Assembly (NCBI GenBank): GCA_965219415.1
Contig: OZ244742.1
Location: 320,001 to 384,000, forward strand
DNA length: 64,000 nucleotides
Source of the DNA: Candidatus Marinacidobacterales bacterium
GTDB lineage: Bacteria; Acidobacteriota; Vicinamibacteria; Marinacidobacterales; DATDRI01
Reading direction: 5' to 3'
Of the stretch, positions 21,523 to 31,759 are shown one piece after another; the stretch's first letter is position 1; each line of letters begins with the position of its first letter. The notes beneath the pieces were generated by a model. That model was not told the DNA's origin, did not search any database, and was given only the letters and a program-made list of their open reading frames with translations. The position numbers and the translations under genes are program-made.

Positions 21523-22529
21523 AGAGCCCTGGATAAGAACCGGGCCATGGCCACGCCGTCCATAACGTTGAAAGGGAACTTCGCGGTCGAGTAATGCCCA
21601 CAAGGCAAGACGAGTTTCTGGTGGCGTATTCCCAAACGCTCGAAGTCCGACACCAGCCGTCTTGACTCGTCCGGCGGAAACGACAAATCGTAGCGGGCGT
21701 AGACAAGCATCACCTCCCGCCCACTCCCATTGAGTCGCTGGTAGTAGCTTCGAGGACTGATGGGGAGCCACAGTTGCCGAAGCTCTTCGAGTTCGATTCC
21801 CTCCTCCAGACCTTGTCGCACGTGACGCGTGGAGATGCCTCGCCAAACCACGTCAGCAAAGTATGGCGAGACGTGGTTCATCACTCCAGTTCGTAGCCGC
21901 CGGTCGTGTGCCAGCGTGATGAATGCGATCGCCGAGCCCAGGCTGGTTCCGATAATACCGATCGGGCCATAGCCCTCTTCCTCGAGCCAAGTGACCGCTG
22001 CGCGCGCTTCGAGTACAGCTTGCCGGCAAGCCTGCAGCGTGCGGCCCAGGTTCGGACTCAACATGTAGTCGGCGCGAGTGAGCTCATCGGGCATCCTTGG
22101 CCCGTGGTAAGGCAGGGTCAGGCGAAGCGCCGTCAACCCAAAAAGATTCAGGAGCCGGCACAACCCGGCCTGTGCTGCCTCTTTGGCGTTCCATTGAGGG
22201 AGTACGAGTACCGCCGGCCCCTTACCTGCCACCGGGAAGAGAGTGCCTCGGGCCACATTGTTCTCGTGGTATCGAGTCTGGACAGGGCTTGCGAACGTGA
22301 GCTCGGAGCCGTGCAATCGGAAGTCCGAAACTGAGACCACCGGAAAATAGGTCTCGGTCTCGACCAGTACCTCCTCGACATGCCGATGAACAAAGGCCCG
22401 TGCTTCGGCTCCCGAGAGCATGCCATCTCCCAAGAATTCAGTACCCCAGTCGAAGGGAAGCACCCTTCGCTCGGGGTCGTCCTTCTCGGCCAACCGCCTT
22501 TCCCAGGCGTGAAAGAAACCGCGTATCAA
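21498..22529 (-). CDS. Alpha/beta hydrolase (ABHD18-like)
   Basis: GTSLG nucleophile elbow, later Asp (RYD) and His (CGHY). Confidence 0.8.
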   Translation of the reverse strand: MIRGFFHAWERRLAEKDDPERRVLPFDWGTEFLGDGMLSGAEARAFVHRHVEEVLVETETYFPVVSVSDFRLHGSELTFASPVQTRYHENNVARGTLFPVAGKGPAVLVLPQWNAKEAAQAGLCRLLNLFGLTALRLTLPYHGPRMPDELTRADYMLSPNLGRTLQACRQAVLEARAAVTWLEEEGYGPIGIIGTSLGSAIAFITLAHDRRLRTGVMNHVSPYFADVVWRGISTRHVRQGLEEGIELEELRQLWLPISPRSYYQRLNGSGREVMLVYARYDLSFPPDESRRLVSDFERLGIRHQKLVLPCGHYSTAKFPFNVMDGVAMARFLSRALEASGHID

Positions 22530-22633
22530 ACGGACTCACTCCTTCCGAGCGGCATGATAGAAGACTCGGCACCAGCCTCCAAGTCTATTTCCCAACAGGC
22601 CCGTACTTATGACCATGCTATACTCGCCGGCCG

Positions 22634-23190
22634 ATGTCGCGGGCCGAACCCATCGTCGCCGCCTTGTTTCTCATGCTTACCTTCTCGCAAGCGACGGTCG
22701 ACGCTCGGGGTTAGTGGCCGGAGTCGGCATCGCTCACGAGGTTTTTGGCGGCGTGGCGGACCGACAGTTTCTCCTGCTCGGAGGGCAACACGGCTGCATC
22801 TTCACCAACGCGATCGGGCCGGCTTTCTTGAAGGGGCATATGGAGGTCGGAGGGGAAATCTATCCGGTGTTCCTCATGTTTCAAGATCCAACCACTTACG
22901 GCTTTACCTTCACGCTTTTGTTTCGCCACTACATGGCCCCCACATCCAAAGTGAAGCCTTTTCTCTCCTTCGCATTGGGAACCCTGCTCTCGGTAGATCC
23001 AATCCCAGCCGAGTCGAGCCATCTCAACTTCACGACTCAGCTCGGACTCGGCGTCATGTGGTTCCACAAACCCCGTCTTGCCTATTTACTCGAGTATCGA
23101 GTGCAGCACCTCTCAAACAACTCGTTGTCGACGGTCAATCCAGGCATTAATTCGAGCTACATCCAGTTCGGAGTCGCCGTTTTTCGCTAG
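22634..23190 (+). CDS. PagL-like lipid A 3-O-deacylase / acyloxyacyl hydrolase, frameshift near 22708
   Basis: HLSN...NPGIN motif in a beta-barrel. The signal peptide MSRAEPIVAALFLMLTFSQATVDA lies in another frame, joined at a G run. Confidence 0.75.
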
Positions 23191-23251
23191 CACACCGAGC
23201 CGCGGTTGGCGGCTCATTTGACCCTCTAGCGCCACCGCCCTACCATGCCCC

Positions 23252-25129
23252 ATGCTCATCTGATCCAAATGTGGCGACCGATTCGATCCCGGCGCTCGTG
23301 TCTGCCCCAAGGACGCCACGCCCTTGATAGATGCCCCTATCGGCGAAGTACTAGCGGGCAAGTACCGAATAGACGGACTGCTCAAAACGGGCGGGATGGG
23401 AGCCGTCTACCGTGCCATCCACGTCATGCTCCAGAAACCGATCGCGGTGAAGCTCATCAAACCGGAGCTGGTCACATCGCAAGACACCATCCAGCGTTTT
23501 CATCGAGAGGCTCGATCCGCCAGTCAGTTGAACCACCCGAACATTGTCACCATCCACCGACCTCGGAAAAACCGAGGACGGAACGCTGTACATCGCTATG
23601 GAGCTCGTGCCGGGGATTAGTCTGAAGGAGCTGGTCAAGAAAGAAGGACCGCTTCGACCGGATCGAGCCGTCCGCCTCGCGAAGGTGATTAATAGTGCTT
23701 TGTCTCTCGCACACCGCAACCAAATCATTCACCGCGGTCCAAAGCCGCAAAACATCATGGTCTGGCAAGACAGTGATGGACGAGAACAACCCAAGCTCTT
23801 GGACTTCGGCATAGCCAAGATGTTCGAGAGCGAGGGCCCAGCTCTGACATCGACTGGACTCGTATTAGGCACGCCTCACTACATGTCGCCCGAGCAGGCT
23901 GAAGGCACAACCGTGGACGGCCGCAGCGATCTTTACGACGCTGGGAATCATCTTGTACGAGATGTTGGGCGGGCAAGTTCCCTTCAATGACACATCGATT
24001 CCAGCCATATTGGTAAAGCATCTCAATGAGTCACCTCGACCACTAACCGAGCTCCGGCCGGACCTCGATCCTGCGCTAGAAGCGATCGTTCTTCGCTGCC
24101 TGGAAAAGCAAGCGGACAAGCGTTATCAGAGCGCGGACGAGCTCGCGCAGGCGCTGGCCGCGGCTGAGTCCGGCCGCGGGGATTCTAGCGTGGAGTCCCG
24201 CCTTCCACCGATCCCACCGTCACCGGAGGAGACTGTTCAAACTTCCCCTACCCTCGACGCGAAGACGACAACCGAGGGCGGCTTGGCCACGCAACCCGCG
24301 ACCCAGCCCACGGTACGAGCGACGCGGCAAGTGGGCTCGCAAGTCGCCCAGACGCCGAAGACTTCAAGAAAGGGCCTCGCCATCTTCATCGGCCTCGTAG
24401 CCATTTTGCTCTGCGCACTTGGCGGGCTAGCTCTATGGGGGCTCGGAACGTTTTTCGGAGACCCGCCCGAGAAGGAAGAAGCCGCCGCTTCGCCTGACCT
24501 AAAAGAGGCAGCTCCTCGAGGCACCCCGGCCAAGGCTCCGCCGGCCTCACCCGGCGAAACCATCGACGACGCACCCATGGCTGCAGGTGGCGCTTCCGCG
24601 GACGCTTCCCAAGAGCTCGCAACGCCGTCTTCGGCCTCGGCGGCGGGTAGCAACACCCCCGCCAGTGTTGAGCCACCTGGTGGCGGCGGCGTCACATCCT
24701 GCGAGCCCTCCCGCTCAGGTGCAAACCGACGCGCCACCTCCTCTTCCGGCCAGTCCTCCCGTCCACCATCGCTGTGAGGGTCTCTCCGACGCATGCTCCT
24801 CGATCAGGAGCGCGCTACAAAAGTCGTTCGAACGAGCAGGACTACCCGTTGCGCCTGTCAGCTAAGCCGAGATAGTTCTCTTGATATACACAGAAGAGAT
24901 TGACTCGAGGACGGAGGAACAGTTCGGCACGACCTTCGTGGTTCGGACCTACTCCGTGGAGGCTTCCGCAGAAGCCCCACGATTCGGTGAGCCCCTCAAT
25001 ATGCCGCCACCAGAGGTTTTCAGTTTCGATACGCGTTTCGGTCGCGAGAAGCTCAACGAGCGCTCGCGAGTCGTGAGCGACACGCTCACCGAAACGATAC
25101 TATCTTACTGGTCGAAGCGGGCTCACTAG
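23252..25129 (+). pseudogene. Membrane Ser/Thr protein kinase with multiple lesions
   Basis: GGMGAVY, AVK, DFGIAK and YMSPEQ motifs, then a TM segment and Pro/Ala linker. In-frame TGA at 23261, frameshifts near 23555, 23940 and 24690, HRD replaced by HRG, TAA at 24863. Confidence 0.8.
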
Positions 25130-26201
25130 GACGGGGGGAACCCGCATCACCCTATTGTCGATCATCTCCCGCAGGGCAGCGACAGACAGACCCCAGTTGC
25201 CACTTCCGGTTCCGCCGGAAGGGTCGAAGTCACCGCCCACGACGACTCCGATGACCGTGCCGTCCTGCGTAAAGATAGGGCTGCCGCTCATGCCAGGCGC
25301 GATGCCGCGACCGATTTCCAGATATCTGCCGGCCCGGACGTCGCCCAGGACGTCCTCAATGAGCCGCGCTCTTGGCCTTTCCACATCGGTCGAGAGAGCC
25401 GGAAAACCAAAGACCGCGATACGCATGCCACGGCTCAATTGCGCCAAATCAGATTCTTCGGCCAACCGGAGCGGAGCCAAGGGTGTCCCGGGCACTACTT
25501 GAAGGAGTTGCTACGTCATGTTCGAAGTTTCCGGGCTGGTACGCTGGGTGCGAATAGGCCTCCAAGACAGGAATCGGATCTGAAGCCGCATCGGTGAGAA
25601 GCGCAATCGCGCGGGCCTCCCCTCCCGTCGAGAAAACCTCATTCTTCTCGAGCTCTTCCACGACATGGGCGGTCGTGGCGAGCAGCCCGTTGGAGCCAAT
25701 GGCAAAGCCGGAGGCCACGACCCGCCGCTCGCCTTTCTGCTCCAGCGCGATGAGGTAGACCGATCGGGACACGGAAGCGGCGGTAGGCCGGAACCCCTCG
25801 TTCGCATGCCGCAACCCCCGGTAACCGAGGAATCCGAGCGCGATAACGACCACCACCAGCGCGCCGAGCGGCAGCGCAAGCGACCGCTGCGGAATTGCCA
25901 CCGTAAGGAGCGGTGCACCCCCGAAGCCGAGCCGATCGCCGTCGCGTAGTCTTTCCTGTCTCCCCGGTACCAAACGAACGCTGTTGACGAAGGTCCCGTT
26001 CGTCGACTCGAGATCGGTTAGCCACCAGCCCCGGTCTCGACGAACCAACTCCGCATGATGCCCACTGGTCGTCGGTGATTCGGACTCCGCGAGGACGAGC
26101 TCGTTGTCGCGGCTGCGGCCGACCCGCACTTGCGTCTCGGAGTAACGAAGCATCTCGCCGCGACGCTTGCCAGCGAGGAAACGTAGTTGGATATCAGGCA
26201 T
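25100..26201 (-). CDS. FHA - TM - trypsin-like serine protease, frameshift near 25500
   Basis: FHA (VGR, SGHHA, STNGTFVN), a TM segment, then triad motifs TTAHV, HDVA and PGMSGSP. Confidence 0.82.
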
Positions 26202-27303
26202 CGACTCAGGTGCGAACAAAGAAAGGCGCGGGTGTGCCCGCGCCCATCACTCAGTGCTCGCTCGGCTCTTCAAGAACTGCCGAGCCGCTCCTCGCGGCTC
26301 GGCCGGCCGCTTCGGGTTTCACCCCGCGCGGCGGCTGAAGGCCCCGCCTCGCCCCCGGCCGAATCGTCCGCACTCAGGCTGCTTCGAGGGAATCAGATGA
26401 GCCAGTATCACTTCGAAGCTGTTCCCCCTGGCTCAGTTCCTCCTAGCCGGGCGGTTAGGGTTTGCGCACCAAGTCTTTCGCTTTTGCGGCGCCACTGAAG
26501 CTTATGATCGAGAATCGCTCCTTGACGTCGACCACCTCGCCCTGACCGGTCTCGGTCTCATCCACGCCCAAGATCTGCCCTGTATCTGGATCTACTAGCG
26601 CTTCACCGACGCTGATGATCTTGAAGGTGTCACCGACCTTCAGGCCGGACATCGAGCCCATATTGACCCAAGCACGATCGCCTTCGACTTTGATGATCTT
26701 CCCCTCGCCCCCTCCGGCGGCGCCGCTACCGGGACTCAAACACGAGGCGTATTTCTTTTTGTTGAACTCTTTGACCACGGCGAAAGCCGCCTTCTGGAGA
26801 GCTTCGCTGGCGATGCCCCACTCGGCTTCGCGGCTGAGGCTCGCACCCTTGTAGAAGCCGCCGCCCTTTTTCACGTCACCGTCGGCGGATACCGCGACCA
26901 GCCGCTCGGCGGTGGTCGTGTCGATGAAGCGCATATTGATGGTCGCCTCGGCCTTGGTGTACTTGCCGCCGATGCCACCGTATCCGCCCTTGGTCGTGTT
27001 GATCGCAAACTCGTCCACCGCACCGGTGAGAATGTACTTGATCCCCAGCACCTTCCCAACCTTGGCCGCAGTCTGCCGATCGAGAGCGCCCGACGTAGCC
27101 AAACCCTGCTCCTTCAGCACCATGTCGAGCTTCTCCCGCTCGATCACGCTGAACTGAGCCGACAAGGTCTCATCTTCAAAAAACGCGGTGTCGATGAAAT
27201 TTCTGGCCGCGGGGCCGAGGTCGTTGTAGAACCACCAGCGCTGCTCGGCATTGTTCTCGAAGTCCCAAATGGCGATTCGGATCTTCGCCTGGGCATGCGC
27301 CTG

Positions 27304-28738
27304 GAGTCAAGCCCATTCTTAGTTGAAACTCTCCACGGCTCACGTTTAAGCGACCTTCTTCTTCGATACGGTTGATGTCTTCGCCTCGATCTTCAGTTCC
27401 CGCTTGAGAGCTTCGCGAAGCTTGGGAAGATGGCGGCAGCCCACCACCTTCCTCAAGCGCGGTTCGATGTCTACGAGCGCCGTTGCCAACCAGCGCTGGC
27501 GTTGGCTCGAGTTCTTCCAGTGGTCGACCTTCGCGCAGCGTTCCTCGACGAGAGCATTGACGGACTCAAGGCAGTTCGTCGTCTTGAACGAACGGCCCAG
27601 CACCGCGTGCACGCCGAGTCGATGCAACGTCAGCGTCTCCTCGAGGCCTTCCTCCAGGCTGCCAGCTGCGGATTGGTTCCGCTCTTCTAACTCACCGTGG
27701 AGTTGCTCGAGCGCAGTGAGGGCCTCTTCGTACTCCGGCCTGTTGTAGGCCCACTGGAGCCGCTTGCGCCATGACGCCTGCTCGCCCTTGGACAGGTAGC
27801 TCACTACGTTTTCACGTTTGTGCCACTGGCAGCGTTGTATCAGGGCCCGCTTACGGAATGCCTTCTTGACTGCCGCTTGGAGACCCTTGCCGCCGTCGAT
27901 GATCACCAGCAGACCCTGGGAGATATCGAGTCCCCGCTCGAGCAGTGAACGCAGGAACAGCGTCAACACCTGCGCGTTCTCCGTGTTCGTCTCCACGAAG
28001 CCCAAGAAGCGTTTTTCCCCGCAAAGCGTGATGCCCAGAGCCACGACCATCGTTGCCTCGGCGAATGTCTTCCCATCCAGAAACAGCGCCACCACATCCT
28101 CGCCGGTCAGATCCCGTTCCTGCATCTCCCGCAGCTTCGCAGCGCTCGCTTGCACGAACCCTCGGGACACCGTTGAGCTCGACAGCCCGATGGCGCCCGG
28201 AATCGCTTCCGCTGCCGCCTCGTAGTTGCGACAAGAGATTCCGTAGAGAACTCGTTTCAGCAGAAGATCATTCACCTCACCGCCGTGGCTCACCGCCTCG
28301 TAGCAGCGAAGCGGAATCTCTCCTCCCTCGATGCTCCGAACCCGTGGCACACGGATCGGTACCCGCTGGCCGCCAAGCCCTACCGTGCCCGGGTTGCTTC
28401 CGGGACGGCGACCGCGCTCCAGCTCGTCCTTGCGAGAGTATCGCTCTCCCGCCAACGCCTTCACTTCGTCGTCGAGCAACTCGTGAACGTGCATTAGACC
28501 AAGGGGGACCAACCAACGGATCATCTCTACCTTGGCGTCCAGCGCGAGTTCCCCGTAATCCTCGTGCCTCACCATCTCGACCTCACCCAAACGACGCGAC
28601 TTCTTGCGTTTCTTGACCGAACGTAGCAGACTTCCCATCTCGGCTCCTTTCTTCGCGGCTTGATTTTGTTTTGTCCAACGCCATCAAACCACGGGGTTTG
28701 GAGCCGTTTCAATTCCCAACTAAGATTGGCACACTTTC
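27304..28738 (-). mobile_element. IS256-family insertion sequence (copy 2, a different element) with 8-bp TSD
   Basis: IRs GAGTCAAGCCCATTCTTAGTTG and GAAAGTGTGCCAATCTTAGTTG. TSD TGCGCCTG at 27296-27303 and 28739-28746. Confidence 0.92.
27346..28638 (-). CDS. IS256 family transposase
   Basis: FLDG, IIDGGKGL, QRCQWHKREN and TTN.LES.N motifs. Confidence 0.93.
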   Translation of the reverse strand: MGSLLRSVKKRKKSRRLGEVEMVRHEDYGELALDAKVEMIRWLVPLGLMHVHELLDDEVKALAGERYSRKDELERGRRPGSNPGTVGLGGQRVPIRVPRVRSIEGGEIPLRCYEAVSHGGEVNDLLLKRVLYGISCRNYEAAAEAIPGAIGLSSSTVSRGFVQASAAKLREMQERDLTGEDVVALFLDGKTFAEATMVVALGITLCGEKRFLGFVETNTENAQVLTLFLRSLLERGLDISQGLLVIIDGGKGLQAAVKKAFRKRALIQRCQWHKRENVVSYLSKGEQASWRKRLQWAYNRPEYEEALTALEQLHGELEERNQSAAGSLEEGLEETLTLHRLGVHAVLGRSFKTTNCLESVNALVEERCAKVDHWKNSSQRQRWLATALVDIEPRLRKVVGCRHLPKLREALKRELKIEAKTSTVSKKKVA

Positions 28739-28867
28739 TGCGCCTGCGCGGGGAACAAGATGGCCGCTAGCGCGAAGACTGCCACCGATCCCAGGAACAA
28801 CTTTTTCCGCTCCGGTGTCGGAAATTGCCTCATCGTCCTTCCTCCTTGACGGTTTGAACACATCGTC

Positions 28868-29544
28868 CTACGTGAACTCCTTGGTGAACTGCCCCTGAAT
28901 AATGACGTTTTTTCCAGAGATCTCTATATAACCCTGCCGATGAAGATCACTAATCATTCGGGAGACCGTCTCCCGGGTAGCCCCGATCATATTGGCATCT
29001 CCTGATGGGTAGGGCGCCGGAAACAAATGCGACCGTCCTTGAGGCGCGTACCGTCCTCCTTGGCCATTTCCAGGAGTACGCTGGCGACCCGTCCATAAAC
29101 ATCCAGCAAGGCGAGACTCCCGATTTGGTGGTTGGCTTTCCGCAAGCGAGAGGACAAAACCGCCAACAGCAAAACCAGAACACGCGGTCGTTTTTCTACG
29201 ATCGACAAGAATTCCCTTTGATGGAGGATCACCACCTCGGTATCCTCCATCGCGATGGCGGTGGCGGAGCGGGGCTCATTGTCGAGCAGGCTCATCTCCC
29301 CAAAGAAATCCTTCTCTCCCAAAACGGACAGAATGATCTCGCGGCCATCGTCGGAGAGGATGGTCACCTTGACCCGCCCGCTCAAGATCATGAACAACGA
29401 GTCACCGGGATCGTGCTCGAAGAAGATGACCGAGTCTTTCGGAAATTTGCGGCGGGTCGCAACAGCTAGGAGGCTATCGAGGTCCCCTTCATCCAAATCA
29501 GCGAAAAGCGGGACTTACCGGAAGAGATCGGCGCTGAGGCTCAA
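28868..29544 (-). CDS. Crp/Fnr family regulator with an in-frame TAA near 29516 and a frameshift near 28995
   Basis: cNMP-binding FFGEMSLL...PRSATA. HTH THQE.ANMIGATRETVSR is completed in another frame. Confidence 0.85.
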
Positions 29545-30890
29545 GGAATGACTCTCCTTACCAAGGAATCGGCGGCTGCCACGCCCTCGACCCCAGCGAC
29601 AAACTGCCGCGGATTGAACCGGCCTGACGAATCCAGCGACAACAACCCCAGGGAGACGGTCAAGGCCACCGGTCGATAGTTCAAGTTGCCGGGCGGAACA
29701 TCGGTAATCGATACCCGCGGGGTCTCCCTCGGAACCGCGCCGGGGGCCAAGGCGCTCATCGCACCCGACAATGCCACCGCCAGATCGGCACGTCTAACCA
29801 ACGCTCGAGGTTGAAAGGTATGGTTGGGATAAACCTCTAGGATGCCGGCCGCCACGACCTCGCGGATGAACGGTCGTGCCCAGCTGTCACCCATATCGGT
29901 CGCGATGACACTAGCGCGACGGGGAGCGTCTCCGAAGGCGGGGCGTAGCTTTACGAAGAGGAGCGCCGCTAACTGTTCACGGGAGAGCTGGGCCGATTCG
30001 GCGATCGAGAAGTATTGCGAAGGAAGACTTTCGTGCTCGAACGCGCGTTTGGTTTGCTGATAGAGCGTGGCGATCGATCGATCGTCCGGGCTTCTAAACA
30101 TGGCTTGCCGATAAGCCTCTAGAGCGAGCTCCAGATCTCCCATCGCACGAAGGGCGTCTCCTCTCAACCGGTAGGCCTCGACGTTTCTCGGCTCCAACTC
30201 GATGGCTTGCGCCGCGTGTTCGGCCGCGGGTTGGGGCTCGCCGGCGGCCAACTCAACCTTGGCGACTTCCACGGCAAGACCACTCGCTTCAGGGGCGATC
30301 TTGAGGGCCTGACGATAAACGGCGGCGGCTTCCCGATAGTTGTTCTTGTCTCTGAGAGAACGGGCCTCCTGAAGCTTGGTCTCCGCGAGCTTGAGCTGAA
30401 GTGTCGGCATGTATTCCTTGATCAAAGGACTGTCGGGATGATCCCGGCTCAGTAATCGCAGGCGCTCGAAGGCAGCCTCCTCGTGGTCCGCGGCGAGCGC
30501 GGCAAGGAACCATCCCACTTGCGCGGCGGCCATCTTGGGCTCCTTCTCGAGCGCCACGACGAACCGGTTCTCTGCCGTTTGGCGATTTCCCATGCGGAGC
30601 TCGAGGTAACCGATTACCGCATCGAGCGAGGGGTTGTCCCGATGCTGACGACCGAGTCCTTCCAGCAAACGCGCCGACGTCGCGAGTTCGCCTGTAAGCA
30701 GCGCCTGCCAGCCTTGTTCGAACGTCGCCCGATCCGCGGAGGAAAGACCGGCCGGGGCGGCCTGGAACTGCCCCGCGGCGTAGCTCCAACCAGGGACCGG
30801 TGCTGGAGTATACGTTCGAACCGGGGCACACCCGTAGACATGGATCAACGCAAACGCGGAACTCAACAGAATCGCACCACGCCGCCACAC
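29541..30890 (-). CDS. Lipoprotein with TPR repeats and SLH-like domains
   Basis: Lipobox VYGC, TPR helices, and D...SWA..I......GI..YP..TFQP....R SLH-like motif. Confidence 0.75.
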   Translation of the reverse strand: MWRRGAILLSSAFALIHVYGCAPVRTYTPAPVPGWSYAAGQFQAAPAGLSSADRATFEQGWQALLTGELATSARLLEGLGRQHRDNPSLDAVIGYLELRMGNRQTAENRFVVALEKEPKMAAAQVGWFLAALAADHEEAAFERLRLLSRDHPDSPLIKEYMPTLQLKLAETKLQEARSLRDKNNYREAAAVYRQALKIAPEASGLAVEVAKVELAAGEPQPAAEHAAQAIELEPRNVEAYRLRGDALRAMGDLELALEAYRQAMFRSPDDRSIATLYQQTKRAFEHESLPSQYFSIAESAQLSREQLAALLFVKLRPAFGDAPRRASVIATDMGDSWARPFIREVVAAGILEVYPNHTFQPRALVRRADLAVALSGAMSALAPGAVPRETPRVSITDVPPGNLNYRPVALTVSLGLLSLDSSGRFNPRQFVAGVEGVAAADSLVRRVIP

Positions 30891-31009
30891 AGCTTTCGGT
30901 TCTCTGAGTGTGATGGAGGCCCCGCTCAGGCTTTTTTTTTCACTTGACGGATTCAGTGGAGGTGTCCAGCCCCTACGACGAGTTATTCTATGCCCACACC
31001 GCTGCTAAG

Positions 31010-31654
31010 TCAAGGCAGAGACTCGCCTACAAGTGCTTGACGCACCTCATCGAAATCGACTGGCCCGGCCCGGAGAAGCAAGGGCTCGACACCCTGAAGG
31101 TCGACGATTGTCGAGGGCGAAGTGCCAGACGTGCGGCCGCCATCCAAGATCAGATCCAGTCGAGGCTCGAAAAACTCGGCCACTTCATCCGCCGTTTGTG
31201 CGGGAGGTTTTCCGCTCTCGTTGGCGCTAGTAGCGATCAGCGGACATCCGGAGGCGCGTGGCAGTTCGCGCGCCACTGCCAGGCCACTGACGCGCACGGC
31301 GACGCTCGCTTCGCCACCCAAAACTTGTCGGAGAGGGGCCCGTAGCGAAACGACGACCGTCAAAGGGCCAGGCCAGAAGCGTTCTGCCAGCAGGCGAACC
31401 GACGCTGGAATGGGAGCGCAAAGGGTGGCGAGCTGATCGAGACCGTACAGCACGACCGGCAGCTGCCTTTCGCTTCCTCGACCCTTGATAACGAAGATTC
31501 TCTCCCGCGCCACGTTGTTGAAGGCGTCCGCTCCCAACCCGTAGGACGTCTCGGTGGGGTATCCGATGACCGCGCCTCGTTGCAGAAGCCCGGCCGCGTG
31601 CCTCATGACATCTGGCTCCGGCGATTCCGGGTTAATTTTGATACGGTCCGACAA
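31010..31654 (-). CDS. tsaC: L-threonylcarbamoyladenylate synthase (YrdC/Sua5)
   Basis: YPTETSYGL, IKGR, FWPGPLT, TSAN.SG and PSTIVD motifs. Confidence 0.93.
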   Translation of the reverse strand: MSDRIKINPESPEPDVMRHAAGLLQRGAVIGYPTETSYGLGADAFNNVARERIFVIKGRGSERQLPVVLYGLDQLATLCAPIPASVRLLAERFWPGPLTVVVSLRAPLRQVLGGEASVAVRVSGLAVARELPRASGCPLIATSANESGKPPAQTADEVAEFFEPRLDLILDGGRTSGTSPSTIVDLQGVEPLLLRAGPVDFDEVRQALVGESLP

Positions 31655-31714
31655 CTGTCGTCTCCCTCCTGCTCCGTGATGACGCGTGAGTCTAGCTGAT
31701 TCAAGGGTTTACCG

Positions 31715-31723
31715 TGCTATAAT
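31715..31723 (+). promoter_or_regulatory. Extended -10 promoter element
   Basis: TGCTATAAT about 36 bp upstream of the ATG at 31760. Confidence 0.55.
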
Positions 31724-31759
31724 AACGCTGTTCCCTCTGGCAGAGAGCCAATCCTTCAG

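Larger units (their letters stand above)
26455..28833 (-). pseudogene. CsgG/HfaB-like exported protein interrupted by IS256 at the end of its signal peptide
   Basis: Removing 27304-28738 and one TSD copy restores MRQFPTPERKKLFLGSVAVFALAAILFPAQAHAQAKIRIAIWDFEN...FSVIEREKL...LKEQ. RBS AAGGAGG lies upstream. Confidence 0.85.

Noticed and set aside
23252-23272. In-frame TGA at the first Cys of a zinc-ribbon motif (MLI*SKC), suggesting selenocysteine
   Set aside because: The same gene has about five other lesions. TGATCCAAA is easily derived from TGTCCAAAA (CPKC) by compensating indels, and no SECIS was recognised.
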